Shown here: positions 54,185-63,270 of the stretch, piece by piece
Layout of the letters: each line of letters starts with the position of its first letter
Numbering within the stretch: the stretch's first letter is position 1
Assembly: GCA_964476605.1 (NCBI GenBank)
Contig: CAYZBH010000006.1
Coordinates: 5,476-69,475, forward strand
From: an uncultured Thermoanaerobaculia bacterium
Lineage (GTDB): Bacteria > Acidobacteriota > Thermoanaerobaculia > Multivoradales > JAGPDF01
Length of the DNA: 64,000 nucleotides
Direction: 5' to 3'
Notes under the pieces: model-generated
Seen by the model: only the letters and a program-made list of their open reading frames with translations
Told to the model about the DNA's origin: nothing
Databases searched by the model: none
Translations under genes and position numbers: made by a program

Positions 54185-56122
54185 ATGAGCGAGCCGCGTC
54201 GCCCCAGCCCCGAAGCGCTGCTCGCGCGGGTGCGCGCCGAGGAGGGGGACCGGAACCGGGGGCGCCTGAAGATCTTCTTCGGCGCCGTCGCCGGCGTGGG
54301 CAAGACCTACGCCATGCTCGAGGCGGCACACGAGCTCCTCGGACGCGGCGTCGACGTGCTGGTCGGCTGGGTCGAGACCCACGGCCGCAAGGAGACCGAG
54401 TCCCTGCTCGCGGGCCTCCCACGCCTCCCGCCACGCGCCTTCGCCTACCGCGACACGACGCTCGACGAGTTCGATCTCGACGCGGCGCTCTCGCGCGAGC
54501 CCGACGTGCTCCTGGTCGACGAGCTCGCCCACTCCAACGCTCCCGGCTCCCGGCACGCCAAGCGCTGGCAGGACGTCGAGGAGCTGCTCGAGCACGGGAT
54601 CGACGTCTACACCACCATGAACGTGCAGCACGTCGAGAGTCTCAACGACGTGGTGGCGCGGATCACCGGCGTCGCGGTGCGCGAGACGGTCCCCGACGCG
54701 ATCCTCGAGCGCGCCGAGGCGGTGGAGCTCGTCGACCTCCCCCCCGAGGAGCTGATCAAGCGCTTGCAGGAGGGGAAGGTCTACCTCGGCGAGCAAGCCG
54801 CGCGGGCGCTCGAACGCTTCTTCCGCGAGGGGAATCTGATCGCGCTGCGCGAGCTCGCCCTGCGCACCACGGCGGAACGGGTCGACGCGCAGATGCAGGC
54901 CTACCGCGAGCGCCACGAGATCGCCGAAACCTGGCCGGTCGCGGAGCGCCTCCTGGTCGGCGTCGGGCCCTCCCCCGCCTCGGCGCGGCTCGTGCGCGGC
55001 ACCAAGCAACTCGCGGATCGCCTGCACGCCCGCTGGATCGCGGCCTACGTCGAGCTCCCCGGCGATACCCGCCTGCCGCAGCGCGACCGCGACCGGATCT
55101 GGCGGACGCTCGCGCTCGCCGAGCAGCTGGGGGCCGAGGTCGTCCGCCTCGCCGGCAACGACGCCGCCGAGGAGCTCGTGGCCTATGCGCGCCAGCGCAA
55201 CGTCTCCAAGGTGGTGGTCGGAAAACCCAACCGGACGCAATGGCGCGAGACCCTGTTCGGATCGGTCCGCGAGCGGCTGCAGCGTCGCTCCGCTGGCATC
55301 GACATCTTCGTCCTCGGCGGCGAGAGCGCCGGCGACGAGCCGGTGACCAGGACCGCCCGGCCGCACAGCCAACTGCGCGGCTACCTCGTCGCCGCGACGG
55401 TCGTCGCGCTCACCACGGTGGCGTCGCATCTCGTCTTCCCGGCGCTCGAGCTGACCAACGTGGTGATGATCTATCTGCTCGCGGTGGTGGGCTGCGCGCT
55501 CCGCCTCGGCAGGGGACCATCGAGCCTCGCGAGCCTGCTCTCGGTGGCGGCATTCGATCTCTTCTTCGTACCGCCGCGGCACACCTTCGCGGTCGCCGAC
55601 ACCAAGTACGTCGTCACCTTCGCGGTGATGCTCGCCGTCGCGCTGCTGATCTCGAATTTGACCGTCCGGCTGCGCGAGCAGGCGGAGGCCTCGAGCCGCC
55701 GTGAGCGGCGTACCGCGGCGCTCTACGCGCTCGGCCGCGACCTCGCGCGGAGCGGCGACCGCGACGCCCTGCTCGGCGCCGCGACCGAGCACCTGCGCCA
55801 GGTCTTCGACGCCCAGGTGATCGTGCTACTGCCCGACTCCTCGGGCCGCCTCGTCGAGCGCGCGAGCGACGCCGTAACCTACCGCTACGACGACCGCGAG
55901 CGGGCGGTGGCGCAGTGGGTCTTCGAGCACGGGCGCATGGCGGGCGCCCACACCGCGACGCTCCCCGCGGCGAAGGGGCTCTACCTGCCGCTCCGTAGCG
56001 GCGCCGCGATGCTCGGCGTCATCGGCCTCCACCCCGCCTCCGGGGAGCGGGTCGTGGAGCCGGATCAGCTCCAGCTTCTCGAGTCATTCGCGAACCAGCT
56101 CGCGCTCGCGCTCGCGCGCTGA
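54185..56122 (+). CDS. kdpD: KdpD N-terminal sensor protein (KdpD domain plus Usp plus DUF4118 TM module plus GAF), with no kinase core.
   Basis: RLKIFFGAVAGVGKTYAML (KdpD P-loop-like domain), a Usp-like middle region, DUF4118 (SVAAFDLFFVPPRHTFAVADTKY) and a C-terminal GAF-like region. It ends without HisKA/HATPase_c. Confidence 0.85.
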   Translation: MSEPRRPSPEALLARVRAEEGDRNRGRLKIFFGAVAGVGKTYAMLEAAHELLGRGVDVLVGWVETHGRKETESLLAGLPRLPPRAFAYRDTTLDEFDLDAALSREPDVLLVDELAHSNAPGSRHAKRWQDVEELLEHGIDVYTTMNVQHVESLNDVVARITGVAVRETVPDAILERAEAVELVDLPPEELIKRLQEGKVYLGEQAARALERFFREGNLIALRELALRTTAERVDAQMQAYRERHEIAETWPVAERLLVGVGPSPASARLVRGTKQLADRLHARWIAAYVELPGDTRLPQRDRDRIWRTLALAEQLGAEVVRLAGNDAAEELVAYARQRNVSKVVVGKPNRTQWRETLFGSVRERLQRRSAGIDIFVLGGESAGDEPVTRTARPHSQLRGYLVAATVVALTTVASHLVFPALELTNVVMIYLLAVVGCALRLGRGPSSLASLLSVAAFDLFFVPPRHTFAVADTKYVVTFAVMLAVALLISNLTVRLREQAEASSRRERRTAALYALGRDLARSGDRDALLGAATEHLRQVFDAQVIVLLPDSSGRLVERASDAVTYRYDDRERAVAQWVFEHGRMAGAHTATLPAAKGLYLPLRSGAAMLGVIGLHPASGERVVEPDQLQLLESFANQLALALAR

Positions 56123-56131
56123 GCCCGCGGC

Positions 56132-58081
56132 TCAAATCTCGACCTGGGCGCCGAGCTCGATCACGCGGTTGGGCGGGATGCGGAAGAAGGCGTTGGCGGG
56201 GCGGGCGTTGCGCGCCAGGTAGACGAAGAGGCGCTTGCGCCAGCGCGCGAGGCCGCTCTTGCCGGTGGTGAGGATCGTCTCCCGGCCCAGGAAGTAGCTC
56301 ACCGACTCGGTGTCCACGGGGAGCCCCAGCTCGACCGCCCGCCGGAGGACTTGCGGCACGTTCGGCGTCTGCATGAACCCGTAGTGGGCGATGAGCTCCC
56401 AGAAGCCGTGCCCCAACTCGCGCAGCTGGACCCGGTCCCTCTTCCCCACCTCCGGGATCCCCTCCGTGACGATGGTGAGCAGCACCACTTTCTCGTGCAG
56501 GACCTTGTTGTGCTTGAAGTGGTGCAGCAGGATGGGCGACGTCAGTCCCATGGTGGAGGTCATGAAGACCGCCGTTCCCTGGACCCGATGCGGCGCGCTC
56601 GCCTCGAGACGGGAAAGGAAGAGGTCGAGCGGGAGGCTGGCCCCCTCGAGCTGGACGCGCAGCGCCGCCCGTCCTCGCTTCCAGGTCGTCAGCACGACGA
56701 AGATTCCGAGCGCCACCGCCAGGGGCACCCAGCCGCCGCTCCAGATCTTGGTCGCGTTCGCGGCCAGGAAGGGGACGTCGACCACCATGAACAGCGCCGC
56801 GAGCGCCAGGGCCTGCCATGTTCGCCACTTCCAGCGGCGCCGCGCCACCGAGTAGAGCAGCACGGTGGTGATCACCATCGTTCCCATCACGGCGATGCCG
56901 TAGGCGGCGGCGAGATTTCCGGACTTGCGGAAGGCGAGGGTCAGGGCGACGCAAGCCACCATCAGGATTCCGTTGACCTCGGGAACGTAGATCTGGCCGC
57001 TCGCCTCGCCCGAGGTGTGCACGATGGTCATGCGCGGCGAGTAGCCGAGCTGGATCGCCTGATGAGCCAGCGAGAAGGCGCCGGAGATGAGGGCTTGCGA
57101 GGCGATCACCGCCGCCGAAGTCGCGATCGCCACTAGCGGGAAGAGGAACCACTGGGGCGCCAGCGCGTAGAAGGGGTTCTCGATGGTGCGGTCACCCGCC
57201 GCGAGCAGCAGGGCGCCCTGCCCGAAGTAGTTGAGCAGGAGCGCCGGGAAGACCATGGTGAACCAGGCGAAGCGGATCGGCTTGCGCCCGAAGTGCCCCA
57301 TGTCGGCGTAGAGCGCCTCGCTGCCGGTGACGCAGAGCACCACCGAGCCGAGGATCAGGAAGCCGTGCAATCCGTTGCTGAGGAAGAAGCGGATGGCGTG
57401 GACCGGATTGAGGGCCGCGAGCACCGCCGGCTGCGCCACGATCGCGGGGGTGCCCAACGCCGCGATGGCGACGAACCAGACCAGCATCAGCGGACCGAAG
57501 ACCGCGCCGATGCCCGCCGTGCCCCGCCGCTGCACGGCGAAGAGGGAGATCAGCACCACCAGGGCGAGCGGCACCACCCAGGGGCGGAAGAGGGGCGTCG
57601 CCACGTCGAGCCCCTCCAGGGCGCCCAACACCGAGATGACCGGCGTGATCATGCCGTCGGCCCACAGGAGCGCGGCGCCGAACAGCGCCAGCGAGATGAC
57701 CGCCAGCCAGCGCTTGCGCCCGGTCTCCCCCTTCTTCGGATGGCTCCGTTGCTCGGTGACCAGGGAGAGCAGAGCGAGAATTCCGCCGTCTCCGTGGTTG
57801 TCGGCGCGCATCACGAAGCCGATGTACTTCACCACCACGATCAGGGTCAGGGACCAGAAGACGAGCGACAGGACGCCGAGCACGTTGCCGAGCGAAACCG
57901 CGACGCCGTGCGGGAGGGCGAAACACTCCTTGATGGCGTAGAGGGGCGAGGTGCCGATGTCGCCGTAGACCACGCCCAGGGCGCCCAGTCCGAGGCGGAG
58001 CAGATCGGAGGTCGATCGAACGACGGGAGCGTGGGAGGTCTGCGAGAGATCGACTCCCGTCGGGGATTCGCGCTGCGGCAT
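56132..58081 (-). CDS. kup: KUP/HAK/KT-family potassium uptake protein.
   Basis: Internal ATG at ~58081 (MPQRESPTGV...GALGVVYGDIGTSPLYAIKECF, the Kup signature). 12 TM plus a C-terminal cytoplasmic domain. The upstream 47 codons of the track ORF were rejected. Confidence 0.9.
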   Translation of the reverse strand: MPQRESPTGVDLSQTSHAPVVRSTSDLLRLGLGALGVVYGDIGTSPLYAIKECFALPHGVAVSLGNVLGVLSLVFWSLTLIVVVKYIGFVMRADNHGDGGILALLSLVTEQRSHPKKGETGRKRWLAVISLALFGAALLWADGMITPVISVLGALEGLDVATPLFRPWVVPLALVVLISLFAVQRRGTAGIGAVFGPLMLVWFVAIAALGTPAIVAQPAVLAALNPVHAIRFFLSNGLHGFLILGSVVLCVTGSEALYADMGHFGRKPIRFAWFTMVFPALLLNYFGQGALLLAAGDRTIENPFYALAPQWFLFPLVAIATSAAVIASQALISGAFSLAHQAIQLGYSPRMTIVHTSGEASGQIYVPEVNGILMVACVALTLAFRKSGNLAAAYGIAVMGTMVITTVLLYSVARRRWKWRTWQALALAALFMVVDVPFLAANATKIWSGGWVPLAVALGIFVVLTTWKRGRAALRVQLEGASLPLDLFLSRLEASAPHRVQGTAVFMTSTMGLTSPILLHHFKHNKVLHEKVVLLTIVTEGIPEVGKRDRVQLRELGHGFWELIAHYGFMQTPNVPQVLRRAVELGLPVDTESVSYFLGRETILTTGKSGLARWRKRLFVYLARNARPANAFFRIPPNRVIELGAQVEI

Positions 58082-58181
58082 GGCGGGGTCGAAGCCTAGC
58101 ACGGGAGATCCGGAGGGCCGTCCAGCGCCGCCCGGGAATCCGACCGCGCTTCGCGACCCGCCGGCCTGAGATGATCGCGGC

Positions 58182-59405
58182 ATGACCGGCTCCGTCCTGC
58201 CGCTCGCGCTCTTCGCGCTCACCTACCTCTTCCTGGCGCTCGGCAGGATCCCGGGGCTGGCGCTCGACCGTACCGGCTTCGCTCTCCTCGGCGCTCTCGC
58301 GTTCCTCGCGACCGGCGCCATCTCCCTCGAGGAGGCCAAGATCGCGATCGACGCGCCGACGCTGACCGTGCTCTTCAGCATGATGCTGCTCTCGGCGCAG
58401 TATCAGCTTTCCGGGCTCTACGCCGCGATCGGACGGCGCCTCACCCGGACGAGGTCACCGCGCCGCCTCCTCGCGGGCGTTCTCGTCGTTTCCGCCCTGC
58501 TCGCCGCGGTGCTGACCAACGACGTGGTCTGTTTCGCCTTGACGCCGCTCGTCGGCGCGGCGCTCCTCGAAACCGACCTCGATCCGGCGCCATTCCTCCT
58601 CGCGATCGCTTGCGGCACGAATCTCGGGAGCGCGCTCACGCCGATCGGCAATCCGCAGAACATCCTGATCACCCAACAGCTCCGTTTGGGATTCCTCCCG
58701 TTCGTCGCCACCTGCGCCCTGCCAGTCCTGATGTCCCTCGCCTTCGCCTACTGGATTCTCGGCCGCCACCTCGGTCGCCGTCCGGCGCTCCGCGCCGCGG
58801 CTCCAGCGCCTCCATCGGCCGACCTCCCGGTCGACCGCCGGGAGGCGGCCAAGGCGATCCTCCTCACCGCGGCGGCGATCCTCCTCTTCCTGACGCCGGT
58901 CCCCGCCTACCTCACCGCCTGCGCGCTCGCCGGCGTGGTGCTCACGAGCCGCAAGATGCACTCGCGCACGATGCTCGGGCTCGTGGACTGGCAGATGCTG
59001 GCGCTCTTCGTGGCGCTCTTCATCGTGACTCGCGGTCTCGCGCTCTCGGGGTGGACCGAGGCGGGCCAGCGCGCCCTCGCCGCCGTCGGAATTCCCCTCG
59101 AACGCACCGCGGTGCTGGTGCCGGCGGTGGCGTTGACGGGAACCCTGGTCGGGAACGTCCCGGCGGTGATGCTGTTGCTCGGCTTCGTGCCGCAGCTGCC
59201 GCGAGCCGGCTACGCGCTGGCGCTCGCCTCGACGTTCGCCGGCAACGCCGTGCTGGTGGGAAGCGTCGCCAATCTGATCGTGGTCGAGCAGGCCGACCGG
59301 CTCGGAATCCGCATCCGCTTCCGCGAGCATCTGCGCGTCGGCCTGCCCTTGACGCTGGTCTCGCTCGCGCTCGCGGCGCTCACGCTTCTCGCGCTCGCTC
59401 CCTAG
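58182..59405 (+). CDS. ArsB/NhaD-superfamily anion permease (citrate-transporter-like ion transporter family).
   Basis: 407 aa, ~10-12 TM, typical ArsB/NhaD features (GTNLGSALTPIGNPQNILI, FAGNAVLVGSVANLIVV). Confidence 0.8.
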   Translation: MTGSVLPLALFALTYLFLALGRIPGLALDRTGFALLGALAFLATGAISLEEAKIAIDAPTLTVLFSMMLLSAQYQLSGLYAAIGRRLTRTRSPRRLLAGVLVVSALLAAVLTNDVVCFALTPLVGAALLETDLDPAPFLLAIACGTNLGSALTPIGNPQNILITQQLRLGFLPFVATCALPVLMSLAFAYWILGRHLGRRPALRAAAPAPPSADLPVDRREAAKAILLTAAAILLFLTPVPAYLTACALAGVVLTSRKMHSRTMLGLVDWQMLALFVALFIVTRGLALSGWTEAGQRALAAVGIPLERTAVLVPAVALTGTLVGNVPAVMLLLGFVPQLPRAGYALALASTFAGNAVLVGSVANLIVVEQADRLGIRIRFREHLRVGLPLTLVSLALAALTLLALAP

Positions 59406-59431
59406 CCCTGGAAGTTCCCCGCAGGACGTCG

Positions 59432-60046
59432 CTAGACCGCGGGCTCGCTCTCGTAGAGGTTGTCGACGCCCAACCGCGAGAGGAGATTCTGGAGGATGCG
59501 CGCCGTCATCCCCCAGACCAGGAAGCGGCCGACGTGATACATGCGCAGGCGGCGCCGGTGGCCGTTGATCAGCACTTCCCGCTCCTCGATGAGGCGCGGG
59601 TTGGCGAGCTCGGCGAGCGGCGTGCCGAAGACCTCGTCGATCTCGCCCGGATTCGGGACGAGCTCGCACGGGAAGGGCATCGCGCCCACGCAGGGAACGA
59701 CGCGGAACCCGCTCGGCGTCGCGACCTCGTCGAGCTCGCCCAGGCGCACGACGCGGCGCCGGTCGATGCCGACCTCCTCCTCGGCCTCGCGCAGAGCGGC
59801 GCTCCAGAGATCCTCGCCGAGCTCGCGCCCGCCGCCGGGGAAGGCGATCTGCCCGCGATGGTGCGGCAGCTCCTCCGCGCGCTTCGTCAGCAGGGTCCAG
59901 AGCTGACCGCCATCGACGTAGAGCGGCACCAGCACCGCCGCTTGCCGCGCGTCGTCACGCCCCTTGAGCGGCAGGCGGGCCGGCGCCGGCGACGCCAGGC
60001 GAGCCCGTACCTGCGGGATCCAACTCTCGAAGACCGCCTCGCTCAA
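59432..60046 (-). CDS. NUDIX hydrolase (CoA pyrophosphatase NudL-like).
   Basis: Nudix box GQIAFPGGGRELGEDLWSAALREAEEEVGI and a NudL-like upstream motif (AAVLVPL). The proposed start is a TTG at ~60046 overlapping the upstream gene stop (TTGA). Start uncertain; the track gives 60172. Confidence 0.75.
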   Translation of the reverse strand: MSEAVFESWIPQVRARLASPAPARLPLKGRDDARQAAVLVPLYVDGGQLWTLLTKRAEELPHHRGQIAFPGGGRELGEDLWSAALREAEEEVGIDRRRVVRLGELDEVATPSGFRVVPCVGAMPFPCELVPNPGEIDEVFGTPLAELANPRLIEEREVLINGHRRRLRMYHVGRFLVWGMTARILQNLLSRLGVDNLYESEPAV

Positions 60047-61662
60047 GAGCCACCCTTCTGCCCCGTCGGCACCGCCGGCCGGGCGAGCTCGAGGTCGAAC
60101 GGGACCGGCGCGAGCGGTGCCTGCGGCAGGTCGAGCTTGAGGAAGTAGATCGCGACGGGGGCCTGGCTCCACCAGAGAGGATGGCGGCGCGCCGGTCTGC
60201 CGAGCGCGACGTCGAAGGCCACCTCGCCGCTCGGCCGGAACGTCGTGTTGCCGCTCTCGCCGCCGTCGATCCGGAGCGCGCTCGGGCCCTTCTCGCCGAA
60301 GGTCAGCCGCACCGAAGAGAGCGGCCGGTCGCTCTCGACCACCAGCTCACCGGCCCGGCTCCCCTGCCAGAGCAACCCACGCGCGCCCGGGAAGATGCTC
60401 CAGGTCGTGGAGCGCAGACGCACGCCGGAGCGATCGACCTCGAAGGTCCCTGGAATGGACCGCAGCGTCGTCTCGAAGGGGAGCGCCGATCGGACACGAT
60501 CCACGATCGGTCGAAGGGCCGCGGGCGTCGCGGTGCCGTCGCCCGACGGCTGGACCCACCGGGGCAGCAGCAGCGGCGCGGTCACGAGCAGAAGCGCGAC
60601 CGCCCAGAGCGGACGCTCGCTCCGCGCCGGCGCGAACCAGAGCGCGCCGTAGACCGGCAGGAACCAGGCGTTGCCGAGCGCCGGCATCGCGCCTCCCCAG
60701 TCGAACGGATAGAGCAGGAGCTGCAGGAGCAGCGCGGCTCCCGCCGCCGGCAGGATCCAGCGGCGCTCCAGCTCCGCCGGTGCGGCGAGGAAGAGCAGCA
60801 CCGGCAGGTAGCCCGTGACGATTCCGGCGCTACGGCCGACCAGCGCGTAGAAGAGATTCCAGCCGAAGAGCTGCGGCGTGAAGGAGCCCGAGGGCATGGG
60901 CCAGGGCGCGCCACTCGCCAGCACCGCAGCAACGAAGACGAAGGCCGCGCCCACCAGGAACGCGCTCCACCCCGTGCCGCGCTCGCCGCGAGGAACCGCG
61001 ATCAGGAGCGGCAGCGCGAGCGGCAGGTAAGCCGGTGAGACCAGGAGAGGCAGCGCGACGAGCGCGCCCGCGAGGAGCCACCGTCCGGCGACGGCGAAGC
61101 GCGACGGGTCCCCGCGATAGGTGTCGTCGCTCCGCTGGCGTCGCCCGCTCCCCCAGACCAGGAGCGAGGCCCCGAGCATTCCGTCGAGCGCCAGGAGCTC
61201 GGGCTGCAGTCGAAAGAGGAAGGTGAAGGCGACGCTGCCGAAGAGCAGGACGACGAGCCAGACCGGCGTCGCCGCCTGCCAGCGCGCGCGCACACCGAAC
61301 CATCCCAGCAGGGCGGCGAGCCAGAGGAGAGCGACGGAAAGCAGGCGCATCCCCTGCGGACCCCCGAGCCGCGCGGCCCAGCCCCAGGCGCGCGCCGCGA
61401 TCCAGGGCGCCGCCAGCTGGTCTCCTCGCGCGCGCTCGACCCCGCGCGGCTCGGCAGCGAATCGCGTGCGATAGCGCGCGAGATCTTCGTGCGTCAGGAG
61501 ATCGTCGCCGTCCTCCGCCCAGCTCGTGGCGGCGAGCCAGAGGGTCGTCTCGGCGCCCGGCGCCGGAGCCCGCTCGGGCGGCGCCGCGAGCGCGACGATC
61601 GAGAGCAGGAGCAGCACGAGCGCGGGCAAGGGCCGCAAGAGCTTCAGACCCATTGGTCCCAC
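60043..61662 (-). CDS. Polytopic membrane protein (539 aa) with a C-terminal periplasmic domain, possibly a GT-C-like glycosyltransferase.
   Basis: Signal/TM N-terminus, >10 hydrophobic helices, then a ~170-aa soluble C-terminal region. Family unassigned. Confidence 0.55.
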   Translation of the reverse strand: MGPMGLKLLRPLPALVLLLLSIVALAAPPERAPAPGAETTLWLAATSWAEDGDDLLTHEDLARYRTRFAAEPRGVERARGDQLAAPWIAARAWGWAARLGGPQGMRLLSVALLWLAALLGWFGVRARWQAATPVWLVVLLFGSVAFTFLFRLQPELLALDGMLGASLLVWGSGRRQRSDDTYRGDPSRFAVAGRWLLAGALVALPLLVSPAYLPLALPLLIAVPRGERGTGWSAFLVGAAFVFVAAVLASGAPWPMPSGSFTPQLFGWNLFYALVGRSAGIVTGYLPVLLFLAAPAELERRWILPAAGAALLLQLLLYPFDWGGAMPALGNAWFLPVYGALWFAPARSERPLWAVALLLVTAPLLLPRWVQPSGDGTATPAALRPIVDRVRSALPFETTLRSIPGTFEVDRSGVRLRSTTWSIFPGARGLLWQGSRAGELVVESDRPLSSVRLTFGEKGPSALRIDGGESGNTTFRPSGEVAFDVALGRPARRHPLWWSQAPVAIYFLKLDLPQAPLAPVPFDLELARPAVPTGQKGGS

Positions 61663-63221
61663 TCCCAGACGCCGAGCGGTCGATGCCCCTCGGCGAGCAA
61701 GATCATCGGCTTGATGAGGAGACGCGCCACCCCCTCGGGGCGGCGCAGCTCGAGCTCGAACGAGCGGCTCTCGCCGCCGTCGAGCGGATGCGGCAGCGTC
61801 AGCCAGCGCCGGCCGGCGTAGAGATCCCGGCCACCCGAAAGGAACTGCACTTCGAAGATGACGCCGCCCGGATTGGCCTGGCTCGGCAGCCAGCGTCGGC
61901 TCCCGGTGTTGGTCACTTGGACCGCCAGCCGGCGCCGCTCCCCCGCCGCCCAGTCGACCGCGCTCGCGACCTCGATACGCCCCGGCAGGCGGACGTGGAG
62001 CGCCGACGTCCCGGGGCCCGGCCGGGGCGGCTCGGGGGCGAGCGGTGAACGCTCCGCGAGCTCACCGGCCGCGGCGGCGAGACGCTCGGCGGCGAGCTCC
62101 GGAGCGTGGTGTTCCGCGACGAATCGGCGCGCCCTCTCGCCCATCGCCTCGAGCTCGCGCGGCGAGCCGAGTCGCCCCCGGAGCGCCTCCGCCAGCGCCG
62201 GCATCTCTCCCGGGCCGAGCGGCACGTGGAGGGCGATCTCCTCGGGGAGATCGCCGAAGTCGGCGTAGTCGGAGACCGCCACCGGACGGCCGACCGCCAG
62301 GATCCGGAGCAGCGAGGCCGAGGTCTCGCCCGCCGTCGGATACCGGAGGTTCAGGCAGAGGTCGGTCGCGGCGATCGCCGCCTCGAGACGCGCGAAGGGG
62401 AGGAATCCGGTGACGTGCACACGCGTTCCGACCCCGAGCTCGTCGGCGAGCTCACGGTAGTTCGAATAGGGGGAGAGCTCCCCCGCGATCAGGAGGTGGA
62501 CGCGCTCGAGCCCGGGCTCGCCGAGCGCCCGGATGGCGACGTCGGTCCGTTTGATCGGGGTCTGGAACCCGAACGAGCCGAGGAGCGGCGCGTCCTCCGG
62601 GATCCCCCACTCGGCGCGAAACTCGAACCCGTCCCGCCTTGTCGCGGCGGGGGGGAGAGGAATCCCCATCGGGATCACGCGCACGCAGAGCTCGGGATCC
62701 TCCTCGCGCAGCACCGCCGCGGCCCAATGGCCGTGGACCAGCACTCCGCGCTGGCGCCGCAACAGCGTCCGGTTCGCCGGCAGGAAGAACTGCGCCGCGC
62801 GCCCGAAAGCTCCCCAGCGCACCGGACGGGCCGCCGCGTCGCCGATCCAGCCATGGTCCGCGGCGAGCGCCTCACGGTAGGGCTCGAACTCCCCCTGGCC
62901 GACGGTCCGATCGAGAAGATAGTGGTGCAGCACGAGATCGTGGAGCACCAGCACGCCGGGTCGTTCCATGGCGAGGCGCCAGATTTCGGCGTGATAGCGG
63001 TTGTTGCCCATGTGGTAGAGCGGAATCCTGCCGCCCTCTCCCGCGCTCTCCGAGGGCTCCGGCCGGTAGCGCGCCTCGATCTCGGGATCGACCGGCTGGT
63101 CCGCGAGCCGCAGCACGCGCACGTCCGCCCGGACGCGGAGATGCGGGAGGAGATCGACGCTGTAGTCGGCGATCCCGGAGCGCACGGGCGGCAGGGGCGA
63201 GAGGTAGTCGAGGCGTAGCAC
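61644..63221 (-). CDS. Glycosyltransferase family 4 (GT-B, glycosyl transferases group 1), with a C-terminal extension.
   Basis: The GT4 C-terminal domain shows EGFGLPLLEAMA-like motifs, degenerate but recognisable (LLGSFGF...HLLIAGE...VHVTGFLPF...ETSASLLRILAVGRPVAVSD). Confidence 0.8.
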   Translation of the reverse strand: MLRLDYLSPLPPVRSGIADYSVDLLPHLRVRADVRVLRLADQPVDPEIEARYRPEPSESAGEGGRIPLYHMGNNRYHAEIWRLAMERPGVLVLHDLVLHHYLLDRTVGQGEFEPYREALAADHGWIGDAAARPVRWGAFGRAAQFFLPANRTLLRRQRGVLVHGHWAAAVLREEDPELCVRVIPMGIPLPPAATRRDGFEFRAEWGIPEDAPLLGSFGFQTPIKRTDVAIRALGEPGLERVHLLIAGELSPYSNYRELADELGVGTRVHVTGFLPFARLEAAIAATDLCLNLRYPTAGETSASLLRILAVGRPVAVSDYADFGDLPEEIALHVPLGPGEMPALAEALRGRLGSPRELEAMGERARRFVAEHHAPELAAERLAAAAGELAERSPLAPEPPRPGPGTSALHVRLPGRIEVASAVDWAAGERRRLAVQVTNTGSRRWLPSQANPGGVIFEVQFLSGGRDLYAGRRWLTLPHPLDGGESRSFELELRRPEGVARLLIKPMILLAEGHRPLGVWEWDQWV

Positions 63222-63270
63222 GGCGCGCCGATTCTACGTCGCGCCAGCGAGCGAATAGACTCGGCACCAC

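Noticed and set aside
56121-56133. Short inverted repeat gagcc-cgc-ggctc between the convergent kdpD-N and kup stops, as a bidirectional terminator.
   Set aside because: Only a 5-bp stem, largely composed of the two stop codons' flanks, with no U-tract. Insufficient for a confident intrinsic terminator call.
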